Source: Felis catus (Eukaryota). Taken from it: DNA of 64,000 nt. The DNA is taken from the NCBI RefSeq assembly GCF_018350175.1, contig NC_058368.1:209128001-209192000 (forward strand), in the 5' to 3' direction. Below are positions 39,809 through 51,927 of this stretch, one piece after another. Under the pieces are notes generated by a model. It was not told where the DNA came from and did no database searches. It saw only the letters and a list, made by a program, of their open reading frames with translations. Position 1 is the first letter of the stretch. Every line of letters starts with the position of its first letter. The position numbers and the translations under genes were made by a program.

Positions 39809-40971
39809 GAAAGCAAGCTGGATCTGAAGTTCAAATGAGATGATTCAATGCTTCCAGCTGCTCTGAGTGAATAGTAGTCATGAGGTAAGAAAATGTAAGA
39901 TGTAAGAAACTTCACCCAGGGGCGCCTGGGTGGCTGGCTGGTTAAGCGTCTGACTCTTGGTTTCAGCTCAGGTCATGATCTTTCAGCTTCTTAGTTTCAA
40001 GCCCCACATTGGGCTCTGTGCTGGCAGCAGAGCCTGCTTGGGATCATCTCTCCCCTTCTCTCTGCCCCTCCCCCACATGCACTGCCTCTGTCTTTCTCAA
40101 AATAAATTTTATTAAAAAAAAAAAAAAAAAAAAACTTCACCCAGGTCAAACGTGAAATGATAAGGCAAGCAAGGACAGGTCCTCAGGGAATGCTTATTAT
40201 TGGGGACATGTGAGGAAATAATGAAAGTTTTGAAAGAGACTTTCTAGAAATGCAAGCACCATTGGAACAGGGATTTTTTGGCTTTATTCACTGTTATATC
40301 CCCAACACCTGGAAAGTACCTGACTCATAAAAAGTGCTCAATAAATATCTGTTGAATAAAACAAATAGAGAGGCAGCAAACCAATAGTATAAAGAAATAG
40401 CAAAGAGTTTCAAGAAAGAAGAAATCAACACTGTCCAATATTGCAGAGGTACAGAATGAGAATGAAGAAAGGGCCTTTGGATTTAGATATTTTGACTTTG
40501 TCTGTGAAGACAGTGTCTTAACAGAAAAGATTTCCAGAGAAAATGTGGTAACAAAGCAAAAGTAGCAATACAGATACTACTTTTGAAACATTTGGTGAGA
40601 AAGAGGAAATTAGACAGTAGCTTGTAGGGAAAACTGAATTAAAGAAAGATTTTAGTATGCTTGCAAGCTTAGAGCCAACAGCTAGTAGAAAGGAAAAGGC
40701 TGAAAGCACAAAAGGAAACAAAAGGCACAAAAGATTGGTGATGATGAAACCAAGTATGGGCAAAAAAAGGAGAGGAAGTCCAGGAGAGGAGGGAAAATTC
40801 TGATATGTCCCAAACCGTTAAAATATAACTAGCATTTTGATATATAAAACAATCTCCTGGGTGGCTCAGTCGGTTGAGCATCTGACTCTTGATTTGGCTC
40901 AGGTCATGATCCCAGGGTCATGGGATCAAGCCCAGCATCAGGTTCCACACTGAGCTTGGAGGCTGCTCAGG

Positions 40972-41013
<42 letters not shown>

Positions 41014-41145
41014 CCTCCCTCTCTCTCTCCCTCTCCCCTCCCTCCCTCTCTCTCTCTCTCTCTCTCTGTCCCCTCTCTCTCTCTCTCCCTGTCCCCTGCT
41101 CTCTCTCAAATAAATAAATAAATATAAATAAATAAATAAATAAAA
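39548..41145 (+). mobile_element. CanSINEs at 39548-39810, 39918-40134 and 40855-41145, with L2 debris between
   Basis: SINE heads; aaacttcacccagg is duplicated around the second and taaaacaatctcct around the third. Confidence 0.87.
39743..39808 (+). repeat. (GAAA)n tetranucleotide microsatellite in a SINE tail
   Basis: About 16 GAAA units. Confidence 0.95.
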
Positions 41146-42576
41146 CAATCTCCTATAATTTTGCTTAGCATTACTCCAAACTGATTTCCTAAAGGAACTA
41201 AATTCAGTTTCTAAATCAACAATTACTAGGGCCGAATTCCAAACAACCATAAAAACAAAATTTTTTCAAAGGCCTGAAGAAACATACGCCAAACATTGCT
41301 ATGCAAATAATGTAAAATAAATCATGCTAATTTGTCTGGCTAGATCCTACAACATTCACATTCAAGACAGTAATCAGCAGATTTTGCTTTGCCTATGATC
41401 CCTGACTCTAGAGGCTGCCAAAATCCCACATATCAAATACAACATAAGTTGTAGTCAAAAAGTCGTGTTCTCACTCAGAACCTAAAAAACAGCCTAAGGT
41501 TGCCCCCCTTCAACTACTATTAAACCACAGTCTGAAAACTGAAGGACTCAATTCAAGGCCAATATAATTTATCCAAATCTAGGAAGGCCACTGCAAAGCC
41601 ACATTCACATTTGCAAATTTCCAAGCTGTCTGCTTTACCCGCTATCTCTGCCCTAGCCTTGGAAATGTTATGATAGACACCCAAAAGACATTTTTCTTCT
41701 TGGAAAAGAAACAAGGAATCTCCCACTCTTGCCTTATCTCCCTTCCAAAAGTTTAATCAGTTAACAATGCCAATAAACTTTGCATTATCAATTAGTGCAC
41801 ACTTTAAAATTAAGGCTGCTATTGGTACACTTAGCCACAGCCTTGCTTTGACTTGCATATTATCAGCATTTTCTTTTACTATATTTGCAAAGAAAAAAAA
41901 AGGTACACCATAAAAAGACTTAACAATTTTCTTTCAAGAGACATGACATGTATAATCTTATAAAAAAACAGAAAACTAAAAAAACCAGAAAACTAAAAAA
42001 ACAAACAAACAGAAAACTGTTATTCAGTCCCCTGATACACTTTAATTACAGCCATGAAAGGCTAAAGCTTACAGACAAGCTTCTGAGTCCCACACCCTGA
42101 CATGCTTTTTACTTCTTTGCCCAACTGCACTTCAGGCTTACTCACACATCAGTTCCATGTCAAAAGTTTGGCCTTCTTTATCAACTTTCCATTCTAGGCA
42201 AGTTGACTTTCGCATCATCTGGAATCTAACCTTGTATATATTGCCTGTGTTCCTGCCATTTACTCTTCGCAGACAACATGTGGCCTATGTACACATGTCC
42301 ATCAAAACGTAACCCTCTACAAGGTTCATTCAAATTCCACATCTTCCAGAAAGGTGCTCTTCTCTGTACTGATCTCTACATTTGTTCTCAGCAGCCTTAT
42401 CTTTCCACCTCCCCCTTATGAGAAAACTCAGCCAGGTGCTATTCATATGACATTTCACCACCATATCATATACTTGCATACATTTGAGCCCTCACTATAG
42501 CAATTTTTTTCTTACTCAGAACACCCTTCTTTTTTCCATTCTCTGTTCTCCAGCTTCTTGTCAGCCTTGCAAACCT

Positions 42577-42910
42577 GTGTTAACCAGCTGAGGCTACCAT
42601 AACAGAATTCCACAAACTACATGTCTTAAATATCAGAAGTTTATTTTCTCATCATTCTGGAAGCTAGAAGTCCAAGACCAAGGTGTTGGCAAATTTGATT
42701 TCTGTTGAGAGCTTTCCTCCTGGCTTTTAGATGCCTACCTTCTTGCTTTGTTATATGCAGACCTGGTTCTCTGGTGTCTCTCTTCTCTTTTTCCCTCTTA
42801 TTTTATAAAAAAAAAAAAAATTTATAGAGAGAGCATGAGTGGAGGATAGAGGCAGAGGGGGAGGGGAAGGGTGGGAGAGGTGGGGGGAGAGAGAGGGGGA
42901 GGGAGAGGGG

Positions 42911-42961
<51 letters not shown>

Positions 42962-43255
42962 TATTTCAAGCAGGCTCCATGCTTGGCACAGAGCCTGACA
43001 TGGGGCTCAGTCCCATGACCCTGAGATCATGACCTGAGCCAAAACCAAGAGTCAGATGCTCAACTGACTGGGCCACCCTGGTGCCCCAGTGTCTCTCTTC
43101 TCATAAGCACACTAATCCTATAACATCAGGGTCTACCCATATGACCTATAATTTAACCTTAATTACTTCCAAAGAGTCTCACCTCCGAATGCCACACTGG
43201 GGGTTAGGGCTTCAACATATGAATCCTGAGGGCACACAAACATTCACTACACAAT
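42577..43255 (-). mobile_element. MLT1A-like MaLR LTR interrupted by a minus CanSINE (42788-43088)
   Basis: ttctggaagctagaagtccaagaccaaggtg...gggttagggcttcaacatatgaat; SINE TSD gtgtctctcttctc at 42774-42787 / 43089-43102. Confidence 0.8.
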
Positions 43256-43420
43256 ATTCTCACATTTCATGATCAACCTAATTATTATCTACTCTGTGAA
43301 CTACCCAAAATAATTAAGCATATCTTTCTCATGTCCATAGCATATTGTGACCTAGATGTGACCTTCTTATTGCTTCTGATTTATCTTTGTGTGCTTGAAA
43401 AGAAAATGTTAGATAAGGGT

Positions 43421-43470
<50 letters not shown>

Positions 43471-43514
43471 GAGAGGAGGGAGAGATGTATATATATAAAT
43501 GTATATATATATAC
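43421..43514 (+). repeat. Compound (TA)n(GA)n(TA)n microsatellite
   Basis: Read directly. Confidence 0.9.
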
Positions 43515-44179
43515 ATTTATATTGTCCGGTACTATACTCTTACTAATTGTCTTAACAATTTCTGAATCTCCCATTATGACTGTAGATTTGTCTATTCCTC
43601 CTTATAATTCTGTCAATTTTTGCTTTGAATATATTGTGTTAAATTCATGGAGATTAAGAAAGGCCAAATTTTCCTAGATAATAAACTTTTCCTTTTAGCA
43701 TTAAGTAATGACACTCATTTTGCTACTTTGACTAATTATGACATAAAGATTATTTCGTGTTACATTAGTTTTATAAGACTAATCAGTTAACTTTTGGTTA
43801 GTATTTTCCTGCTATAGTCACGGAGCAGAGAGACATGGAGCCCAACACAGGGCTTGAACTCACAACCCTGAGATCAAGACCTGAGCTGAGATCAAGAGTT
43901 GGACACATTATTATCCAACTGAACCACCCAGGCGCCCCTATTCCTTTCTTTCAACCTTTCTATGCCAGTACATTTTAGGTCTATCACTCATAAACAGAAT
44001 ATATCTAAATTTTTTAAATCTGAGAAATTTAAGTGGCAAGTTGAGTCCGCTTACATCTACTGTGAATACTGATATACTTGCATTCACGCCTACCACCTTA
44101 TTTTGTGATCTCTATTTACCAAGATTTTCCTCTACTTCATTTTTCTCCTTTCCTTTTACTGCAACGATTGAGTTGTCTT

Positions 44180-45387
44180 CAAAGGCATATCAAGAGCATT
44201 GCAGTGGAAGTGGTGCAGACAATAAGGGGGTGCATTGTCTGTAAAGAACCTTAAAACAATATTAAAATCAACTGAAGATGAGTCTGTTTTCCATTATCAC
44301 CATTTGCTGGCAGTTCTAAAAATGTCAGTTCAGAAATGTGTTTTTTGTTGCTTTTTACTATGATTAGTGCTGAGTTTTGATAATATATAAGTCTCAAATT
44401 AGCAAATTTTTATTATTTCAATAAGCATTATACTATACATGCAGTTGATTTAGAGAACTCCCAGTTACACAGTCTGTACCACATACATACGCATACATAC
44501 TCATGTACTTATGTTTACAGATAACGTTGAGTGGTTCAGAATCATTCAAGCTTACTTTAAGGGTAGTTTCATATCTCCAATCCTTGTTGTCTACACATTT
44601 CTGCATTTAAACAGCAGATTCAAAACAAAGTGATATATTAAGACAAAGAAATAATACTTGAGTATCTTCCATTCTGTTATTCTTTGAGGAAAAATAAAAG
44701 ATGGGAGACTAGGTTGGCAGAAGAATCCAAAAGAGCAATGCTTGAACACCTGAATTGTTTTCACGAAAAACATTCTAAAGCAGATAATTTGATGATAATA
44801 TTTACCATAACCTAGCCAGATTTCCTAACCTGATTTTTATGGAAGAAATCTTTAGAAGTTTTTATCAAATGTATTAGAAAATGGTATTTTTTCTAGAAAA
44901 GACATTTTAGTGAAACCGGGTATTTTTTGAAAGCCACTAGAATTGATATCAAGATAAAAAGAGATATGGTCAACACTGCAGTTTCAGAAATCTATTATAA
45001 AACACAATTTTTAATAAAGCTGCCAAATTTATCCTTATGTGCCTCTTTTTTTTCATTTCACATACATGTGCACAGACACACGTGTATGTGTGCACATGTG
45101 TATATATACATACATCTGTCATTTCATGAGAAAAAAATTTTTCAAAATTATAAGTTTTCTTTGATCAACTATGAATAAATATAGATTGACAAATTTTATA
45201 TACTGGGTACTGAACAAGAATATGCAAAGAATGCCCATTTTGTGAAGTCACTGACAGATTTACAAAAGTTGTTCCTTTTCTGACCATCATTTGTTTCATC
45301 TCATAATCATTACTGAAAATAATCTGTCAGAGGATAACATTAAAAAATTATCCACTCCAGGTATCAAATACATAAAGTAAACCAGTG
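44180..45387 (+). mobile_element. MER97-like non-autonomous hAT transposon, near full length, inserted in an old minus-strand L1M (~43530-46070)
   Basis: gcagacaataagggggtgcattgtctgtaaagaa near the start and aaaaattatccactccaggtatcaaatac near the end match recalled MER97; 8-bp TSD gttgtctt / gttttctt. Confidence 0.7.
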
Positions 45388-45689
45388 GTTTTCTTTATGT
45401 TTTCTTTTACCATTTTGGAGGTTATACAATTTGTTTCTATTCTTTGGGTAACTACTCTTAAATTTTTAACTTGCAAACTTGACTTAACCTAATCTGAAGT
45501 TAACAAATATCTCTAGCTTCCTCCCAAATAATACAAGGACTTCAAAATGAATGAACTGATTCTACTCTCCCATCTTCCATATTATTGTTTACAATAATTT
45601 GAGATCTACTTTGTTTTTATATCCCCCCAAATTTATTCACTACCATTATGTACACTCAATGCTTATGTATATTTAACAAAATTGTATTC

Positions 45690-45900
45690 CTTTTTTTTTA
45701 AGTTTATTTATTTTGGGAGAGCGTGAGCGCATGCATGCACACAAGCAAGGGTGGGGCAGAGAGAGAGAACGCGCAAGAGAATCCCAAGCAGACTCCTGAC
45801 TGCCAGCATGGAGCCCAACGCAGGGCTCAACCCCACAAACTGTGAGATCGTGACCGACATCAAGAGTTGGACGCTTTATCCACTGGACCACCAGGTGCCC
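45690..45900 (-). mobile_element. CanSINE ~220 bp downstream of the exon 5 donor
   Basis: Reverse-complement SINE ending ...ccaccaggtgccc. Confidence 0.88.
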
Positions 45901-46121
45901 ATTAATTCCTTTTTAACACATTGCTTCTTATTGTCCATTTATTATTTTTGAGTAACACTGCCTTGTTCCTGAAGTACATCCTTTCAAGTTCTTTCAACAA
46001 GGGCTATCAGTAGTACACTCAAAACTATTCCTTATTTCCTCTCGCACATGAATAACAATTAGCAGGGAACTGATCTCTACGCTATTCCAATGAATTGGTA
46101 AATTACTACCGAAATACTTAC

Positions 46122-46320
46122 TTCCTCCTCCTCTGAATCACCGTCATCATCATCATCATCATCTTCGGCATCTTCATAAAGAGGTGGAGGTAAAGGACCA
46201 ACGATATCTTCCTCAATATGATTACCTGGTTCTTTCATCATTTTAAGAGGTAAAGGAGGGCCAATTAACTCATCATCAGAAGAACCAGAACTCTCTTCAC
46301 TTTCACTGCTGCTTGTATCC
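46122..46320 (-). CDS. WDR70: WDR70 coding exon (probably exon 5), 199 nt, acidic/Pro-rich region
   Basis: Acceptor tttctgtgttttcag|G; donor GAA|gtaagt. Encodes DTSSSESEESSGSSDDELIGPPLPLKMMKEPGNHIEEDIVGPLPPPLYEDAEDDDDDDDGDSEEEE. Lies inside ORF-track 46077..46370. Confidence 0.96.
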
Positions 46321-47399
46321 CTGAAAACACAGAAACAGAAACTCTTTGCCTCTACTGCAACAAAGAACACTCTAGAGATAGTACTGATTTCCCAGGAAAC
46401 CCTGCCTCTCCTTTTAACAACTAAGTTTTTATTTTAATTAATTAATTAATGTGTAGTTTGTTAAAATTGTAATTCAGACATTAAATGTGTAACTCAGGTA
46501 TTATTTTATCTTAAGAAAGTAAAAGTTTCTTTTATCTACTTACCCTAAACATAAAGTCAGAGTTAAACGTCACAGCAATTATGTTACGGGCCCCTGAGAT
46601 AATCCTCACTCACGAAGAGCCAGCAGAACTGGGATGTGGGAAAAACTACAAACTACTATATCCATAAGAAAGAAAACCACTGAGGTAACCAATCCCTCTG
46701 TTTCCTATATCTGAATCCAATCACTGTTTTTACCACAGGAGCAAATAAAGGCAGCCATGTAAGAAAGTTAGTATTACTCCCATAAGGTTTCAATATATTT
46801 TCTGAAACACAAATTGTTTCCCAATTTTTATTCAAATTTGTTGAGTTACTAAAATGTTTTATGTAGCATCCCTGGATTCTAAAACTGTCTTACTGTAAGG
46901 AGCATCACACTGATTCTCAAGGTGTTTTTCTACCCAGCACACCAGAGGACCATTACGCAGTTGCATTGAGGTCTTTATCACGCACTTCTAGGCATTCTGA
47001 AATCCACCACCATCCACCATATGCCTCCACTTCCCATCCCATCCCAAAGGGTTGAGAATTGTGTTCATAATTGTGTGCACTAATCTATTAAATATTTTAT
47101 AAAACTCAAAGTATTATTGCCCTCTAATAAAGTATTTCTAGTTTGTAAGCTCCATGAAAACAGAAATTTCTGTGTGTTGTGTTCATTGCTGTCTCTAGCA
47201 CCTAAATGAGGCCTGACGTAATTAATAGGCACTCAATATCCACTGAAGAAAAAAAAAATGTGGTTTTTCTTTTTATTTTCATCTAAGATCAATATTGAGG
47301 GGAATACATACGTAAACACTTATCCACATACAAAGACAGGAGCAAGCAAACCTCCACGAAGAGCTTCTCTTTGTTTTTGCAATGGTTTAGCTCGTGGGT

Positions 47400-47825
47400 C
47401 TCCAGCCCTACAGGCTTTCTTTCAAACCATATAGGTTAAGCTTGGTCCAGCATGAGGGTCTTTGCACTTGCAGTTCCCTCTGCTGGAACTGATCATTAAA
47501 TGGCCTCTTTCTCATCTTTCAGGTCTCGTCCCATGTCACCTCCTCAAAGAGGCTTTAATGCCCCCCCCTTTCTTAATCTTCAAACACATCCCTATCAGTC
47601 ACTATTATCTTCATTCTCTTAGTTTATCTTTATTAAATACCTCACTAAGTTATCTTATTTGATTGGTTACTCAGTTGTTTACAATCTGTTATCCATCTCC
47701 TCAAATATCCCAACAATATGAGCTCAGAGATCTCATCTGACTCCCTAATTGCTGTATCCCCAGTGCCGAAACCAGTGCCTAACCCACAATAGATGTTCAA
47801 TAAATAATAGCTGGATGACTGAATA
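47400..47825 (+). mobile_element. L2 3' fragment
   Basis: ctgtatccccagtgcc...cagtgcct...gttcaataaata...gactgaat. Confidence 0.7.
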
Positions 47826-48668
47826 CATTTTTATTAAAGTAGTCACACTCCAAAATTTTCTCCCTTGTGATTAAAATCACAAATTCCCAACTGTACTAGT
47901 TTAGAAGTCGCAGACTTTCTTAATGCAAAATTATTCAGAGCACAGAGAGCTCTAACTAAACTGTTAATCTTTAGCACCAATGCTTTAACTGAATTAACTA
48001 GTTCAGAAGCAAGCACTGAACTGACAACTACATGAAGCCATGTTGATTCCACGGCTGATTATGCAGTCTTAATACCCACATGAAACTAGATGGAATGTAT
48101 CAGCTTCTATGCAGCTTCTAAGTCCACTTCTGTCTTTTTGCTTCTAATATACACAAGGCAAAAAAATAAACTATTTTAACATATTTTCAATTTCTGAAAA
48201 ACAAAGTCTGTAAAATTATGCCCAAAAATGTCCGTGACAGAAAACAGAGCACATTCCATGTTTAAAATATGCCTTGACTCAATGTGGTGCCAAAATATGA
48301 ACCAGATCCTGAGAAACAATATGCATCTGATGAGAAAACAGAGGAGTCAAAACCTAACATTTTTCTCAGCTGACTTTTTAAAAGAGAGCTTAGCTAAGCA
48401 TTAAATAAGATGTGTAAGTATACAATTTCAGTTTAGAAATTAAATTCATAAGCAAAATTCATTATTTCTGGTACTAATTTCCTTAGAGAAAATGTAAATG
48501 TCTGAATGATTCCTATCTGACAAATTATGAGTACATCAATATTTCTCTCCTATCCTGCAGCTATATTTCATTGAATAAATGACATATTTCTTCCCAGTAT
48601 TTGATTTTGAAGGGCAACTTACATTCATATACTATTTCTTTAAAGCCAAAAAAAAGGGGGTAGTCTTA

Positions 48669-49129
48669 GGGACGCCTGGATGGCTCAGTCAGTTGAGTGT
48701 CCAACTCTTGATTTCAGCTCAGGTCATGATCCCAGGGTTGTGGGATCGAGCTCCACATGAGGCTCTATGCTGAGTGTGGAGCCTGCTTGGGATTCTCTCT
48801 CTTCCTCTCTTCTTTCTCTCTCTCACCTTCAGCCACTCTCCCCTGCTTGCACATGCTCTCACCCTCTCTCTCTCTCTCAAATTAAAACAAATGTTTTTAA
48901 TTTATTTTTTTAAGTTTATTTTGGGAAAGAGAGAGTGTGAGCAAGAGAGGGTCAGAGAGAGAGGGAGAGAGAATCCCAAGCAAGCTCCACACTGTCAGCG
49001 TAGAGCCGATGCGGAACTCCAACTCACAAACTGTGAGATCACGACCTGGGCTGAAATCAAGAGTCAGGTGCTTAACCGACTGAGCCACCCAGGCACCTAC
49101 CAAAAACTTAAAATTTTTTTTTAAAAAGT
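48669..49129. mobile_element. Plus CanSINE with a minus CanSINE nested in its tail
   Basis: + 48669-48890, - 48900-49098; outer TSD ggtagtctta at 48659-48668 / 49130-49139. Confidence 0.88.
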
Positions 49130-49474
49130 GGTAGTCTTAAATGACTACCTTCCTCTAAAACAAATTTTAACAACATTGCAGATTTTTTAAAAAATTATTT
49201 GGGGGCGCTTGGGTGGCTCAGTCGGTTAAGTGTCCAACTCTTGATCTCAGCTCAGATTTGATCTCAGGGTCATGAGTTCAAGCCCTGCATTGGGCTCTGT
49301 GTTAAATGTGAAGACTACTTAAAAAAATAATAATAATGAATAAAAAATAAAAATGGTTAAAGGACTTCAATAGTTATTTCTCCAAAGAAGATATATAAAT
49401 GGCCAATAAGCACATGAAAAAATGCTCAAAACCTTTAGACATTAGGGAAATGAAAATAAAAACTACATGATACC

Positions 49475-49705
49475 GGGGCGCCTGGGTGGCGCAGTCGGTT
49501 AAGCGTCCGACTTCAGCCAGGTCACGATCTCGCGGTCCGTGAGTTTGAGCCCCGCGTCGGGCTCTGGGCTGATGGCTCAGAGCCTGGAGCCTGTTTCCGA
49601 TTCTGTGTCTCCCTCTCTCTCTACCCTTCCCCCGTTCATGCTCTATCTCTCTCTGTCCCAAAAATAAATAAACGTTGAAAAAAAAAAAATTTTTAAAAAA
49701 AAAAC
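49475..49705 (+). mobile_element. Young SINEC_Fc-type CanSINE
   Basis: CpG-rich, near-consensus copy; perfect TSD aaaactacatgatacc at 49459-49474 / 49706-49721. Confidence 0.95.
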
Positions 49706-50714
49706 AAAACTACATGATACCAATTCACACCTACTAGGATGACTATATTAAAAACATAACAAAACAAAATGGAAAATAACTAATGACAAGAATGTGAAAA
49801 AATTGGAACCCTCGTACATTGCTGATAGGAATATAAAATGGTGCAACCACATTGTAAAACAGTTAGGCAATTCCTCATAAAGAAAGTTAAACAGGGGTGC
49901 CTGGCTGGCTCAGTCAGAGGAGCATGCGACTCTTGACCTCAGGATCGTGAGTTCGAACCCCATGTTGGATGTAGAGATTACTTAAAATAAATAAGGGCAC
50001 GTGGCTGGCTCAGTCAGTGGAGAGCACGTGACTCTTGATCTTGGGGTACTTAGGTTCAAGCACTACGTTGGGTATAAAGATTACTTAAAAATACTGGGGC
50101 ACCTGGGTGGCTCAGTCAGTTGAGCATCCAACTTCGGCTCAGGTCATGACCTCACGGTTTGTGAGTTTGAGCCCCATGTTGGGCTCTGTGCTGACAGCTC
50201 AAGGCTTGGAACCTGCTTCGGATTCTGTGTTTCCCTCTCTCCCTGACCCTCCCCTGCTCATGTTCTGTCTCTCTGTCTCTCAATAATAAATAAACATTAA
50301 ATATATATATATATAACTTAAAAATATTTTTAAAAATGAATCTTAAAAAGTAAGTGAATAAAAATTTAAAAAAAAAGAAAGTTAAACATAAAATCACCAT
50401 ATAACCCATAAATTCCACTCCTAGGTATATACCAAAAAGAATTAAAAGCAAAGACTCAAAAACATACGCTTGTACACCAATGTTCATTACATTCACAAAA
50501 CTCAAAAGGTGGAAACCCAAAAATAGTCAGTAACACATGAATGGATAAACAAATTGTGATATATACATACAATGGAATACTATTTAACCATTTAAAGGAA
50601 TGAAGTTCTGATACAAGAACTTTGAAAACATCATCCAAAGTGAAAGAAGCCAGATATGAAAGGAAAACAGTGTATAATTCCACTTATATGAAATATCTAG
50701 AACAGGTAAATTTC

Positions 50715-51263
50715 TTTTTTTTTTTATTTTTTTTATTTTTTTTATTTTTTTTTATTTTTTTTTAATATATGAAATTTATTGTCAAATTGGTTTCCATACA
50801 ACACCCAGTGCTCATCCCAAAAGGTGCCCTCCTCAATACCCATCACCCACCCTCTCCTCCCTCCCACCCCCCATCAACCCTCAGTTTGTTCTCAGTTTTT
50901 AACAGTCTCTTATGCTTTGGCTCTCTCCCACTCTAACCTCTTTTTTTTTTTCCTCCCCCTCCCCCATGGGTTCCTGTTAAGTTTCTCAGGATCCACATAA
51001 GAGTGAAACCATATGGTATCTGTCTTTCTCTGTATGGCTTATTTCACTTAGCATCACACTCTCCAGTTCCATCCACGTTGCTACAAAAGGCCATATTTCA
51101 TTTTTTCCTCATTGCCACGTAGTATTCCATTGTGTATATAAACCACAATTTCTTTATCCATTCATCAGTTGGTGGACATTTAGGCTCTTTCCACAATTTG
51201 GCTGTTGTTGAGAGTGCTGCTATGAACATTGGGGTACAAGTGCCCCTATGCATCAGTACCCCT
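50715..51263 (-). mobile_element. Young felid L1 3' end (549 bp), sense to WDR70
   Basis: Reverse-complement ORF2 end, 3' UTR and ~50-nt patterned A tail; perfect 17-bp TSD tagaacaggtaaatttc at 50698-50714 / 51264-51280. Confidence 0.94.
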
Positions 51264-51927
51264 TAGAACAGGTAAATTTCAAGGAGACAGAAAGTATATC
51301 AGAGGCTATCAGTGGCTAAGAGGAGAGAACAGTGAGAAATCATTGGTTAATGGTCAAATTTCTGCTTGGTGTGTAAAAAAATTTGGAAATAGAAAGTTGC
51401 CACAGTAGAAAAAAATCAAGACAGTGGTAAAAGGTTACAATCTAGAAATATGAAGGTAAATAAAAGATGAAAAACAAAAAAATTTAAGTAGTTTTTTTTC
51501 TGGAAAGTAAGAATCATGAACAGGGAAAAACAATGTTTGACTTCATAATGTGTATAAATTCTTTGACAAAAATTTAAAAGATCAGTGGTTGTTGGGAATT
51601 AGGGGGAGGAAGGAATGAAAAGGTAGCGCACAGAGGATGTTTAAGTCACTGAAACTACTCTGATATATAATGGTAGCTACATGTCATTACATATGTGTCC
51701 AAACCTACAGAATGTACAACATCAAAGACTGAACTCTCATGTAACTATGGATTATGAGTGATGATGATGTGTCAGCATGGGGTCATCAATTGTAACAAAT
51801 GTATTGCTCTGGTAGGGGGGTGTTGATGATGAGGGAGGTAGGAGGACAGGAGCTACATGGAAAAAAAATCTCTGTACCTTCTGCTCAATTTTGCTATGAG
51901 CCTAAAACTAATCTAAAAAATAAGGCC

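Noticed and set aside
46077..46370. 97-aa ORF as a standalone gene
   Set aside because: Only 46122-46320 is exon; the flanks are intronic read-through past clear splice sites.
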